Notes under the pieces: model-generated
What the model was told of the DNA's origin: nothing
What the model saw: only the letters and a program-made list of their open reading frames with translations
Database searches by the model: none
Made by a program: the position numbers and the translations under genes
Shown: positions 36,476 through 45,773 of the stretch, piece after piece
Layout: each line of letters opens with the position of its first letter
How positions within the stretch are numbered: position 1 is the first letter of the stretch
Assembly: GCA_903923345.1 (NCBI GenBank)
Contig: CAIXXI010000084.1
Coordinates: 1 to 48,605 of the forward strand
Reading direction: 5' to 3'
Source: an uncultured Burkholderiales bacterium
Lineage (GTDB): Bacteria > Pseudomonadota > Gammaproteobacteria > Burkholderiales > Burkholderiaceae_E
DNA length: 48,605 nt

Positions 36476-37243
36476 ATGCGCACCGTTTCACCGAGTGCAC
36501 TCGGGCAGTCCCTCGGTTCGGGCCGGTCGCAAGGCCTGGCCAGCCGCCGGATCTGGGCACTGCTCTTGTGGATCGGATTGGGCCTCGCATCGACTGATCT
36601 ATCTGCTCAGGTCCGCACGCCCGATGACAGCCTTGCCGCCCGTGTCCAGGCCTGCACCGGGTGCCATGGTCCGCAGGGTCGGGCCACGCCGGATGGCTAT
36701 CTGCCCCGCATCGCGGGTAAGCCGGCCGGCTATCTCTTTAACCAGTTACGGCACTTTCGCGATGGCCGTCGCAACGCAGCCTCGATGACCTGGATGGTCG
36801 ATCTGCTGCCCGATGCCTATCTGCGCGAAATCGCCGGTCACTTTGCGCAACAGCACCCGCCTTATCCGCCGCCGATGCCGGTCGCTGTCGGCCGGGATGT
36901 CCTTGAGCGTGGCCTGGCTCTGGCACGCGTGGGCGATCCATCCAGAAAGCTGCCGTCCTGTATCAGTTGCCATGGCCAAGATCTGCTCGGCGTACAACCG
37001 GCGATTCCCGGTTTGCTTGGCTTGCCCAGGGATTACCTCAATGCCCAGTTTGGCGCCTGGCGAAACGGAACGCGGCGAGCGCAGGCACCCGATTGCATGG
37101 CCGAGGTGACCCGTCGGATGGCGCCGGATGACGTCGCGGCCGTGACGGCCTGGCTCGCTTCGCAGCCGGTGCCGACCGATGCCCGCGCCCAGGTGCTGGT
37201 GTCTCAGAACCGTCCGCTCGAGTTCGGAGGCCTCGAGCCGTGA
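36476..37243 (+). CDS. Dihaem c-type cytochrome (cytochrome c4-like)
   Basis: Signal-peptide-like N-terminus (RRIWALLLWIGLGLASTDLSAQ) and two CxxCH motifs (CTGCH, CISCH). The stop overlaps the next gene's start (37240-37243). Confidence 0.85.
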   Translation: MRTVSPSALGQSLGSGRSQGLASRRIWALLLWIGLGLASTDLSAQVRTPDDSLAARVQACTGCHGPQGRATPDGYLPRIAGKPAGYLFNQLRHFRDGRRNAASMTWMVDLLPDAYLREIAGHFAQQHPPYPPPMPVAVGRDVLERGLALARVGDPSRKLPSCISCHGQDLLGVQPAIPGLLGLPRDYLNAQFGAWRNGTRRAQAPDCMAEVTRRMAPDDVAAVTAWLASQPVPTDARAQVLVSQNRPLEFGGLEP

Positions 37244-38580
37244 AGGGTCGACACCGCAGCCGTCGCGCCCTGCCGATGTGGCTGACGGTCGCATTGATCG
37301 CTCTGTTGGGCATCTGGTCGCTTCGCGGCGTCGGGTCTGTGCCACGTGGGCCTGAAGCAGTGCTTGCGCCCTCAAAGGCTCTGCCGAAAGACCTTGCGGC
37401 TCAGGTTGCTGGCCACACCCTCGCTGCCGACCCCACCAGGCGTGGCGCCTATCTCGCCTTGGCCGGCAACTGCGCCGGCTGCCACACCGCGCGGGGTGGT
37501 CAGCCTTACGCCGGCGGTCGCAAAATCGAGACGCCCTTTGGCTTGGTCTACACCTCCAACCTCACCCCCGACACGCAGACCGGGCTGGGGCGCTGGAGCG
37601 CCGATGATTTCTGGCGAGCCCTGCATGAGGGCCGCTCCCGCGATGGCCGTGCACTCAATCCGGCCTTTCCGTACACCAGCTACACCCGGGTCAATCGGCA
37701 GGATTCAGACGCGTTGTTTGCCTGGCTGCGCGAACTGCCTGCGGTTCAACAGGCCAATCAGCCGGCCGCGCTGACTTTCCCCTGGAATCTGCCTGGCCTC
37801 ATCGAGGTCTGGCGCTGGTTCTATTTTCGCGCTGAGGCCTTCACCCCTGATCCGTCGCGGGATGCCCAGTGGAACCGTGGCGCCTATCTGGTTCAGGGTC
37901 TGGGACATTGCGGTGAATGTCACACCGCCCGCAATGCGCTGGGCGGGCTGACCGGGATACCGCTGGGCGGCGCCAACCTGATGCCGCAGGGATGGCATGC
38001 GCCGTCTTTGCGCAGTCGCGGTGCCGGCAGCGTCGAGGTCTGGACGCCGCAGCAGGCGGTTGAGTGGCTGCAGTCCGGGCTGAATCAGTCGGCTGTGGCC
38101 ACTGGGCCGATGGCGCGCGTCGTCATGGACAGCCTTCAGCACCTCGACCGCGATGACCTTCTGGCGATGCAGTCCTATCTTCGAACGCTCGAGCCGTCCG
38201 CCGCGGGTGCGCGTGCTGCAAAGAGCGAGGCCATCGACCCGGGCTATCTCACTCTGGGCGGCCAGCTCTACAAAAAACACTGCGCTGAGTGTCATGGCGA
38301 AGGTGGCGAAGGTGCGCCGCCCCACTACCCGGCGCTGGTCGGCAATCGAACGGTTACCCAGGGTTCATCGATCAATCTGATCCGCGCTGTGCTGCATGGT
38401 GGGTTTGCCCCGGCGACTCGCGGCAATCCTCGCCCCTATGGGATGCCGCCCTTCGGGCCGCTGTTGAATGATCGCGAGGCGGGCGCGCTGATGAGCTATC
38501 TGCGCACGGCGTGGGGACACCAGGCTTCGCCAATCGAGCCGCGGGCAGTCAATGCACTGAGGTCGGTTCCGATTGATTGA
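37240..38580 (+). CDS. Trihaem c-type cytochrome (resembles cytochrome subunits of membrane-bound dehydrogenases)
   Basis: N-terminal TM/signal (LPMWLTVALIALLGIWSL) and three CxxCH motifs (CAGCH, CGECH, CAECH). Confidence 0.85.
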   Translation: MKGRHRSRRALPMWLTVALIALLGIWSLRGVGSVPRGPEAVLAPSKALPKDLAAQVAGHTLAADPTRRGAYLALAGNCAGCHTARGGQPYAGGRKIETPFGLVYTSNLTPDTQTGLGRWSADDFWRALHEGRSRDGRALNPAFPYTSYTRVNRQDSDALFAWLRELPAVQQANQPAALTFPWNLPGLIEVWRWFYFRAEAFTPDPSRDAQWNRGAYLVQGLGHCGECHTARNALGGLTGIPLGGANLMPQGWHAPSLRSRGAGSVEVWTPQQAVEWLQSGLNQSAVATGPMARVVMDSLQHLDRDDLLAMQSYLRTLEPSAAGARAAKSEAIDPGYLTLGGQLYKKHCAECHGEGGEGAPPHYPALVGNRTVTQGSSINLIRAVLHGGFAPATRGNPRPYGMPPFGPLLNDREAGALMSYLRTAWGHQASPIEPRAVNALRSVPID

Positions 38581-38642
38581 GGACGTGAGCCCAATCAATC
38601 GCCCGTGCGGCTGATCCTGCGCCGCGCAGCGGCAGCACCCAG

Positions 38643-38667
38643 GAAATTGGGGTCTGACCCCAATTTC
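38643..38667. terminator. Perfect 12-bp inverted repeat between convergent cytochrome c and SDR genes (possible bidirectional terminator)
   Basis: GAAATTGGGGTC-T-GACCCCAATTTC. It ends 1 nt before the SDR stop codon (38669-38671) and is followed by TTC on the + strand. The U-tract is weak. Confidence 0.5.
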
Positions 38668-38668
38668 T

Positions 38669-39451
38669 TCAGCGTGCCAGGAAGCCGCTGTCGACCGGGA
38701 GGGTGACGCCGGTGATGGCGTTGGCTGCATCGCTGGCCAGAAAGAGCACCGCCTGGGCGATGTCGTCGGGCTCGGGCAGTCGGCCCAGCGGTGTGTTGGC
38801 CATGATTGTCGCCACCCGCTCGGGATTGGCGAACACCGGTTCGGTCAGCGGCGTGCGCACGAAGGTGGGCGCCACCGCATTGACCCGGATGTTCTGAGCC
38901 GCCCACTCGAGCGCCAGCGCGCGGGTGAGGTTCACCACCGCACCCTTGCTCGCCTGATACGCGGCATTCGGAAAGATGCCACCGGAAAAGCCCATGATTG
39001 AAGCCAGATTGACAATCACACCGCCCCGCCCGGCCATCCGACGTGCAGCCAGACGGTTGCAAAAGAACAGGCCGTTGAGGTTGACATCGACCACCTGTTC
39101 GAAATCCGCCACCGCGATGTCATTGGCCGGGCCCCGAATGCCGATGCCGGCATTGGCCACCATCACATCGATCGGGCCGAGCTCGGCAGTGACTCGATCG
39201 AGTGCAGCATCCAGGCCCGCGTGGTCAGTGACATCGACCCCGATCGATAAGGCCGGTGCCAGCGCACCGGCAGCTTGCGCCGCCTTGTCCAGTGTGGGCG
39301 TGTCGCGATCGAGCGCCGCCACCCGTGCGCCGGCCTGCACGAAGGCCCGCGACATCGCCTCACCCAGCCCGCGTGCCGCTCCAGTGATCACGACGACGCG
39401 AGATTGAAAATTCCAGACCGGCCATTGCATCGGCTTTTCCATGTCGATCAC
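38669..39451 (-). CDS. SDR family oxidoreductase
   Basis: VVVITGAARGLG is the TGxxxGxG motif, followed by NNAG-like VANAGI and the catalytic S...YQASK. The GTG at 39451 overlaps the upstream gene's stop (GTGA). ATG 39442 is an alternative start. Confidence 0.9.
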   Translation of the reverse strand: MIDMEKPMQWPVWNFQSRVVVITGAARGLGEAMSRAFVQAGARVAALDRDTPTLDKAAQAAGALAPALSIGVDVTDHAGLDAALDRVTAELGPIDVMVANAGIGIRGPANDIAVADFEQVVDVNLNGLFFCNRLAARRMAGRGGVIVNLASIMGFSGGIFPNAAYQASKGAVVNLTRALALEWAAQNIRVNAVAPTFVRTPLTEPVFANPERVATIMANTPLGRLPEPDDIAQAVLFLASDAANAITGVTLPVDSGFLAR

Positions 39452-40089
39452 TGACCCAGGACGACCACGCCGGTGGCAGTCCGGAAGGTGGCCTGAAGCC
39501 TGGAAACCCCTGACTCCACCCGCTCGATGTCAACCGGTGACGCCACATTCGGCAGCATCGCCAGCACCGACGCCGGTGCCTGGATCGACAGCGACTGCAG
39601 GGCCACGCCGGTGTCGGGCAGTCGGGCGGCCGGATGCTGGTCGGTCGGCACATCCCACTGGATCATCGAAGGCAACACGCCGTCGCCCGCAGGACGACCC
39701 CCCTCGGCCACCGTGATGCGCCAGATCAATGAGCCGCGGGTCATGTTGATGATGCGACCCGGCGAATAGCGGGCTGCAGCGACATCGGATTCAAGGGAGT
39801 CGCTGCGCACCAGCCAGTGGACCAGCTGCGGCGCGCTCTTCAGGCGCGCTTTCATTGCCGGGTCGTCGAGCAGGAAGGGGCGCGCACGCGTTGGTTCGGG
39901 TTGCGATGGATCCGGTGCGATCAGCTCGAGATACACCCGATTGCCCAGTTGCAGCAGCCGATTGTGTGTCCCGACCCCGGTGTGTTGCCCACCCGGTGCA
40001 AGCGATGCGCCCAGCCGTTCACGAAGCCAGGCCTCGCCGCTGTCGAGGTCAGTAGCCGCCACCACCAGGTGGTCGAGTTCGAGTGCCAT
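39448..40089 (-). CDS. VOC/glyoxalase-like domain protein
   Basis: From ATG 40089 the sequence reads [27 protein letters not shown]...[19 protein letters not shown], which fits the glyoxalase-like domain pattern. The track's N-extension (to 40194) would run into the argS promoter region. Confidence 0.7.
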   Translation of the reverse strand: MALELDHLVVAATDLDSGEAWLRERLGASLAPGGQHTGVGTHNRLLQLGNRVYLELIAPDPSQPEPTRARPFLLDDPAMKARLKSAPQLVHWLVRSDSLESDVAAARYSPGRIINMTRGSLIWRITVAEGGRPAGDGVLPSMIQWDVPTDQHPAARLPDTGVALQSLSIQAPASVLAMLPNVASPVDIERVESGVSRLQATFRTATGVVVLGQ

Positions 40090-40168
40090 GGACGTGTCTC
40101 CCCTGAACGGTGTCACGGCGGCGATGTCCGGAGGGCGAACGCAGCGCGCACCAGTAGAATGTCGACCC

Positions 40169-41956
40169 ATGTTAACCGAACACAAACAGCGCATTGCCGC
40201 TGCCTTCGAGGCTGCGGCCGCACAACTCGCTCACGCGATGGGCGACCCCGCGCTCATCGACACCGTGACCCGCGCCCGTGCGATCCTCGATCGCCCCAAG
40301 CAGGCCGATCACGGCGACCTGGCCTGCAACCTCGCCTTGCAGGTGGCTAAGCCGCTCAAGGGCAATCCCCGGGCGATCGCCCAATCGCTGATCGATGCGG
40401 TGCGGGCTTCTGAAGCCGGCGAACTGATCGAGTCGGCCGAGATCGCAGGCCCGGGCTTTATCAACCTGCGCCTGCAACCTCAGGCCAAGCGCGCCGTGGT
40501 GCATCGCATTTTCGAGCAGGCCGAGCGCTTCGGTCGAGGCGACGAGGCGCAGGGCCGCAAGGTGCTGGTCGAGTTCGTCTCGGCCAACCCGACCGGTCCG
40601 CTGCATGTCGGGCATGGACGACAGGGCGCCCTGGGCGATGCGATCGCCGCGCTGCTCGAGGCGGGTGGCTGGCAGGTGCAGCGCGAGTTCTACTACAACG
40701 ATGCCGGCGCACAGATCGCCAACCTCGCCCTGTCCGTTCAGGCCCGCGCCCGAGGCATCGGACCGGACGACGAAGCCTTCCCGAAGGATGGCTATCGGGG
40801 TGAGTACATTGCCGACATCGCCCGCGACTACATGGCAGGCAACACGGTTTCGGCGCAGCGTGTCGAGCCGGTGACCGGTCGCGCCGATCCCGAGGACCTT
40901 GAATCGATCCGGGCCTTTGCGGTCGCCAGCCTGCGCCATGAACAGGACCTCGACCTGCAGGCCTTCGGCGTGCGCTTCGACATGTACTACCTGGAGTCCT
41001 CGCTGTACAGCGACGGCAAGGTCGAGGCTGCAGTCGATGGCCTGATCCGCGCCGGCCGAACCTTCGAGCACGAGGGCGCGCTGTGGCTGCGCAGCACCGA
41101 CTACGGTGACGACAAGGACCGCGTGATGCGCAAGTCCGACGGCGGCTACACCTATTTCGTGCCGGATGTCGCCTATCACGTCACCAAGTGGCAGCGCGGC
41201 TTTGCCAAGGCGATCAACATTCAGGGCTCCGATCATCACGGCACGATTGCCCGCGTGCGCGCCGGGCTTCAGGCGCTAGATATCGGCATCCCGCAGGGCT
41301 ATCCCGACTATGTGCTGCACAAGATGGTGACCGTGATGCGCGGCGGCGAGGAGGTGAAGATCTCCAAGCGGGCCGGCTCCTACGTGACCCTGCGCGACCT
41401 GATCGAATGGTCGGGCGGCATCGCGGCCGATGGGTCGCTGCCCGAAGGCCTCAGCCGCGATGACGCGATCCGGCGCGGCCGCGACGCGGTGCGATTTTTT
41501 CTGATCCAGCGCAAGGCCGACAGCGAGTTCGTCTTCGATGTCGATCTGGCGCTGGCCCGCTCGGACGATAACCCGGTCTATTACGTGCAGTACGCCCATG
41601 CGCGTATCTGCTCAGTGCTGTCGCAATGGCAGGCAGCGCATCCCGGTCTTGATCTGCGCTCGCTCGAGTCGGCGGATCTGTCGCCACTCACCAGTGCGCG
41701 AGAGTATTCGCTGATGGGTCGACTGGCTGAATATCCGGATGTCCTGCGCGATGCAGCCGATGAACTGGCACCGCACACCTTGGCTTTCTGGCTCAAGGAC
41801 CTGGCCGCCGAGTTCCACGGCTACTATAACGCCGAGCGTTTTCTGGTCGACCAGGCCTTGCTGCGCGATGCCCGGCTGGCCTTGCTGCTCGCGACGCGCC
41901 AGGTGCTTCGAAACGGACTCAGCCTGATCGGTGTGTCCACCCCGGAACGAATGTGA
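40169..41956 (+). CDS. argS: Arginine--tRNA ligase
   Basis: [14 protein letters not shown] is the class I HIGH motif. A DALR anticodon-binding C-terminus follows ([11 protein letters not shown]...), and the sequence ends with the conserved ...GV..PERM. ATG 40169 is chosen because the track's upstream 76-aa extension is Ser/Arg/Pro-rich. Confidence 0.95.
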   Translation: MLTEHKQRIAAAFEAAAAQLAHAMGDPALIDTVTRARAILDRPKQADHGDLACNLALQVAKPLKGNPRAIAQSLIDAVRASEAGELIESAEIAGPGFINLRLQPQAKRAVVHRIFEQAERFGRGDEAQGRKVLVEFVSANPTGPLHVGHGRQGALGDAIAALLEAGGWQVQREFYYNDAGAQIANLALSVQARARGIGPDDEAFPKDGYRGEYIADIARDYMAGNTVSAQRVEPVTGRADPEDLESIRAFAVASLRHEQDLDLQAFGVRFDMYYLESSLYSDGKVEAAVDGLIRAGRTFEHEGALWLRSTDYGDDKDRVMRKSDGGYTYFVPDVAYHVTKWQRGFAKAINIQGSDHHGTIARVRAGLQALDIGIPQGYPDYVLHKMVTVMRGGEEVKISKRAGSYVTLRDLIEWSGGIAADGSLPEGLSRDDAIRRGRDAVRFFLIQRKADSEFVFDVDLALARSDDNPVYYVQYAHARICSVLSQWQAAHPGLDLRSLESADLSPLTSAREYSLMGRLAEYPDVLRDAADELAPHTLAFWLKDLAAEFHGYYNAERFLVDQALLRDARLALLLATRQVLRNGLSLIGVSTPERM

Positions 41957-41966
41957 GGGCCATCCC

Positions 41967-42671
41967 ATGCTGAACGCAGCCGGTCAAACCATGCCCTCGA
42001 CGCCCGCCGCTGCAAGCGCAGCCCCGGCCGCTCGACGCCGCGCTCGCGGGCTGCAGCGTGGTGGGACCCTGTTCGGCCTGATCGTCGGCCTGTTGGTCGG
42101 ACTCGGAATCGCGGTGGCAGTGGCGCTCTTCATGTCGCGCTCTTCGATGCAGTTCACCGACAAGACCCGCCGTCCGGCTGACCGTACCGTCGAGCCAGCG
42201 ACCAAGACCGACGAATTGCCCGACCCGAATCGCAGTGGCCAGAAGGGTCGCCCGTCAGCGATCGATTCAGCCAATGCGCCGCCCCAGCAGTCGGTCTACC
42301 CGCCTCAGCCCGACCTCGCGCCCGAGCCGACCGTCCCGGCTCAGGACGGCACTGCACCGGCGACCCCAGCCGCCCCGGCCGAATCCGGCGCAAGCCCGGC
42401 GCCGACCCCTGCACCCGCCCCGGCCGAGCCCGAGCGACCCGCGTCCTACGTTCTGCAGGCGGGCGCGTTCAAGGGTCAGGAAGATGCCGAAAGCATGAAG
42501 GCCCGGCTGGCGCTGATCGGTGTCGAAGCCAGGATTGTCACTGCCGAAGTCAACGGCACCACCTTCTACCGCGTCAGAGTGGGGCCCTACGGGCAACTCG
42601 AAGACCTGAATCGCGTTCGCAGCCGACTCGCCGACAACGGTGTCGAGGCGTCCGTGGTTCGCCAACGATGA
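41967..42671 (+). CDS. SPOR domain-containing cell-division protein (FtsN-like architecture)
   Basis: Short cytoplasmic Arg-rich head, one TM (LFGLIVGLLVGLGIAVAVALF), a Pro/Ala-rich linker, and a C-terminal SPOR domain (YVLQAGAFKGQEDAESMKARLALIG...YRVRVGPY). Confidence 0.85.
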   Translation: MLNAAGQTMPSTPAAASAAPAARRRARGLQRGGTLFGLIVGLLVGLGIAVAVALFMSRSSMQFTDKTRRPADRTVEPATKTDELPDPNRSGQKGRPSAIDSANAPPQQSVYPPQPDLAPEPTVPAQDGTAPATPAAPAESGASPAPTPAPAPAEPERPASYVLQAGAFKGQEDAESMKARLALIGVEARIVTAEVNGTTFYRVRVGPYGQLEDLNRVRSRLADNGVEASVVRQR

Positions 42672-42681
42672 AAGGATTGTC

Positions 42682-43317
42682 ATGACCCACCCTGTTCGCC
42701 GCCATGTCCTTGCTGCCCTCGGCATCGCCGGTCTGACGCCTGCTGCCTTCGCCCAGGGGGGCGGCGGCGAGGGATTTGAATTCAAGTCGGTCAAACCGCC
42801 GGCACCCAGCGACGCCGCGCCCGGCAAGATCGAAGTGGTCGAGTTCTTCTGGTACGGCTGCCCGCATTGCCACGGCCTTGAGCCGGCACTCAAGGACTGG
42901 CTCAAGCGCCTGCCCTCGGATGTCTCCTTTCGGAAGGTGCATGTGCCCTGGCAGGTGCAGGCGCACCAGCAACTCTTCTTTGCGCTCGAGAGCCTGAACC
43001 TGACCGACTCGATGAACGAGAAGGTGTTTGTCGCGATCCACACCGACCGTAACAAGCTCGATACCCCCGAGGCGATGGCCGATCTGCTGGCCAAAAGCGG
43101 CGTCGATCGCAAGCAGTTCCTCGATGCCTACGGATCCTTCGGCGTCAAGGCCCGGGTGCAACGTGCCACGCAGCTTGCAGCCGCCTACAAGATCGACGGG
43201 GTACCGACCTTCGGCATCGCCGGCAAGTTCATCACCTCGCCGTCCATGGCCGGCTCCAACGGCAATTCGCTGAAGATCCTCGACACCCTGATCGATCGGG
43301 TGCGCAAGGGCGCCTGA
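42682..43317 (+). CDS. dsbA: Thiol:disulfide interchange protein DsbA
   Basis: Signal peptide (RRHVLAALGIAGLTPAAFAQ), active site FFWYGCPHCH, and cis-Pro region IDGVPTF. Confidence 0.9.
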   Translation: MTHPVRRHVLAALGIAGLTPAAFAQGGGGEGFEFKSVKPPAPSDAAPGKIEVVEFFWYGCPHCHGLEPALKDWLKRLPSDVSFRKVHVPWQVQAHQQLFFALESLNLTDSMNEKVFVAIHTDRNKLDTPEAMADLLAKSGVDRKQFLDAYGSFGVKARVQRATQLAAAYKIDGVPTFGIAGKFITSPSMAGSNGNSLKILDTLIDRVRKGA

Positions 43318-43336
43318 GTTCACAAGGCCCGGCACC

Positions 43337-44107
43337 GTGGCAGCGGCTGCTCGAATCGTCAGCCTGGTGCCCAGCCTCACCGAGCTGCTGTTCGAGCTCG
43401 GTCTGGGCGAGCAGCTGGTCGGTCGCACCGGCTTTTGCATCCACCCGCGCGACGCGGTGCGGGCGGTGCCCAAGGTCGGTGGCACCAAGGATGTCGATGT
43501 CGAGGCCGTCCTGGCCTTGCGACCCACCCATCTGGTGGTCAATGTCGATGAGAACGAAAAGCCCACGGTCGACCGACTGGCCCGCGACATCGGTCAGGTG
43601 ATCGTCACCCATCCGCTGCGTGCCCGCGACAACCTTGAGCTGTACCGTCAGTTTGGCGAGGCCTTCGATCGCAGGCCGCAGGCGCAGCAGCTGTACGAGC
43701 GCTTCGAGGCGGTGCTGCAGTCGGTGCAGACCGCCCGCTGGACGCAGCGTCAGGTGGTCTATCTGATCTGGAAGGGTCCCTGGATGACCGTCAGTGACCA
43801 GACCTACATTGCCGACATGCTGATGCAGGTCGGGCTGAGGACGATCGCACCCGAATCGGCCCGGCGCTATCCGGAGCTCGACTTCGCGGCCTGGCCCGCG
43901 TCACAGGCGGATGCCGTGCTGTTCTCGAGTGAACCCTACCGGTTCGGCGAACGCGATCTGATCGAGTTTTCGACCGCGCATGGGCTGGCGCCTGCCCGAT
44001 GCCGGCTGATCGACGGCGAGATGACCTCCTGGTACGGCTCGCGGGCCATCGATGGCTTGGCCTATCTCGCCCGGTTTCGCCAGTCATTGGACGAGGCTCT
44101 GGAATGA
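43337..44107 (+). CDS. BtuF-like 'helical backbone metal receptor' / cobalamin-binding-protein-fold protein without signal peptide
   Basis: RIVSLVPSLTELLFELGLGEQLVGRT...VPKVGGTKDVDVEAVLALRPTHLVV is typical of cluster-A periplasmic-binding-protein folds. In-frame stops at 43271 and 43289 mean GTG 43337 is the first possible start, so there is no room for a signal peptide. The stop overlaps the rlpA ATG (ATGA 44104-44107). Confidence 0.75.
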   Translation: MAAAARIVSLVPSLTELLFELGLGEQLVGRTGFCIHPRDAVRAVPKVGGTKDVDVEAVLALRPTHLVVNVDENEKPTVDRLARDIGQVIVTHPLRARDNLELYRQFGEAFDRRPQAQQLYERFEAVLQSVQTARWTQRQVVYLIWKGPWMTVSDQTYIADMLMQVGLRTIAPESARRYPELDFAAWPASQADAVLFSSEPYRFGERDLIEFSTAHGLAPARCRLIDGEMTSWYGSRAIDGLAYLARFRQSLDEALE

Positions 44108-44856
44108 GGCTGGCCCGGTCCCTGAGTGCGGGCTGGTCAGCGTTGATTCTCGCAGGCGTTCTGGCCGGCTGCAGCAGTGCCCCGAAGCGTGCGCCGCAGG
44201 GTCCGGCTCCCTCGGGGGCACTGGGCGCGCCGGCCGCTTCCGGCGGCTATTTCCAGGACGATGGGCCGGGCGATCGGGCGGCGCCATCGGCGGATGTCCT
44301 GCCGGATCCGACGCCTCGGGTCGAGCCGATGCATCGCTTCGCCAACCGGCCCTATACCGTGATGGGCCGCCAGTATGTGCCTCGAACCGGACTGACCGAA
44401 TACCGCGAACGCGGCATGGCGTCGTGGTACGGACGCAAGTTCCATGGGCGCAACACATCGAGTGGCGAGCCTTACGACATGTACGGCCTGACGGCGGCGC
44501 ACCCGACCCTGCCGATTCCGAGCTATGTCCGCGTCACCCATGTGCGCAGCGGCCGCAGCGTGGTGGTGAGGGTCAATGATCGCGGCCCCTTTCTGAACGA
44601 TCGCATCATCGACCTGTCCCTGACCGGGGCCTCCCGACTGGGCTACCTGCAGGCGGGCACCGCAGAGGTGGAGGTTGAATTGCTCGCCTCACCGGATGGC
44701 TGGTCGCAAACCGCCATGGCCCGCGCTACACCGACCCTGAATGTGCCCGCCGATCCTCCTTCGGGCTTTGCTGGCCGGGCCGAAGCGCAGCTCAACGGGC
44801 CGACGATCGAATCGATCATCGAAGACCGGCTCGGGCGCAGCGGCACCCAGCCTTAA
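44104..44856 (+). CDS. rlpA: Septal ring lytic transglycosylase RlpA family lipoprotein (DPBB domain)
   Basis: Lipobox is ALILAGVLAGCSS. The DPBB core is GMASWYGRKFHGRNTSSGEPYDMYGLTAAHPTLPIPSYVRVTHV.SGRSVVVRVNDRGPF. I see no SPOR-like C-terminus. Confidence 0.9.
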   Translation: MRLARSLSAGWSALILAGVLAGCSSAPKRAPQGPAPSGALGAPAASGGYFQDDGPGDRAAPSADVLPDPTPRVEPMHRFANRPYTVMGRQYVPRTGLTEYRERGMASWYGRKFHGRNTSSGEPYDMYGLTAAHPTLPIPSYVRVTHVRSGRSVVVRVNDRGPFLNDRIIDLSLTGASRLGYLQAGTAEVEVELLASPDGWSQTAMARATPTLNVPADPPSGFAGRAEAQLNGPTIESIIEDRLGRSGTQP

Positions 44857-45773
44857 TCCGACGTCGAGTCGCTGTCGGACGCCTCGTCCTGTGCGCTTTC
44901 GCCGCGCAACTCAAGCGCCCGTCGATACAGATCATTGGCCCGCAGGGGCGTGAGCCGTGCCGCGATTCGGGCCGCCTGGCGCACGGGCAGTTCGGCACAC
45001 AAGGCGCGCAGCAGCTCATCGACCGGCTGCGATTGCGCCGGCCCGGGTGGGGCGGCATCGAAGGCGACCACGAATTCGCCTCGGCGCCGATCGCTGTCGG
45101 CCGCGAGCCATGCGGGCAGGTCGCCGGCCCGGCCGCGATGGATCTGCTCGAATCGCTTGGTGAGTTCGCGACCCAGCACGACGATCCGATCGGGTTCGAG
45201 CACGGCGGCCAGATCGTCGACCGACTCAGTGATGCGATGGGGCGATTCGTAGAAGACCACGATGGCATCACTGGGCGCGAGCGCCTCGAGACGCTCGCGG
45301 CGGGCCTTCGGGCGCGCCGGCAAAAACCCTTCGAAGCGAAATCGCGATTCCGAAAACCCGGCCACTGACAGCAGCGCAGCAACCGCCGATGGACCCGGCA
45401 CCGGCACCACCGGCAACTGGGCGGCATGAACCGCGGCCACCACCCGCGCACCGGGATCGCTGATGCCGGGCGTGCCGGCATCGCTGGTCAGGGCAACCGC
45501 CTGCCCAGCCAGGATGCGCTCCACCACGGTCTGGGCGGTGCGGGCCTCGTTGTGCGCATGACTGGCCATCACGGCGGGTCTGGCGCCGATGTGATCGAGC
45601 AGCACGCGGGCCACTCGGGTGTCCTCGGCCGCCACCAGGTCGACCGTTCGCAGTACCTCGATCGCCCTAAGCCCGAGGTCGGAGAGGTGCCCGATCGGAG
45701 TAGCCACTACGTATAATCCGGCGGGTAACGCGCCCGGTTCGGGTCGCGGCCTTTCACTGTCCAGGGGCGTCAT
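44853..45773 (-). CDS. rsmI: 16S rRNA (cytidine1402-2'-O)-methyltransferase
   Basis: LYVVATPIGHLSDLGLRAIEVLRTVDLVAAEDTR parallels E. coli RsmI LYIVPTPIGNLADIT.RALEVL..VDLIAAEDTR. The start is uncertain: ATG 45773 is preferred, with 45794 and 45803 possible. The stop overlaps the rlpA stop within TTAA (44853-44856). Confidence 0.9.
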   Translation of the reverse strand: MTPLDSERPRPEPGALPAGLYVVATPIGHLSDLGLRAIEVLRTVDLVAAEDTRVARVLLDHIGARPAVMASHAHNEARTAQTVVERILAGQAVALTSDAGTPGISDPGARVVAAVHAAQLPVVPVPGPSAVAALLSVAGFSESRFRFEGFLPARPKARRERLEALAPSDAIVVFYESPHRITESVDDLAAVLEPDRIVVLGRELTKRFEQIHRGRAGDLPAWLAADSDRRRGEFVVAFDAAPPGPAQSQPVDELLRALCAELPVRQAARIAARLTPLRANDLYRRALELRGESAQDEASDSDSTSD

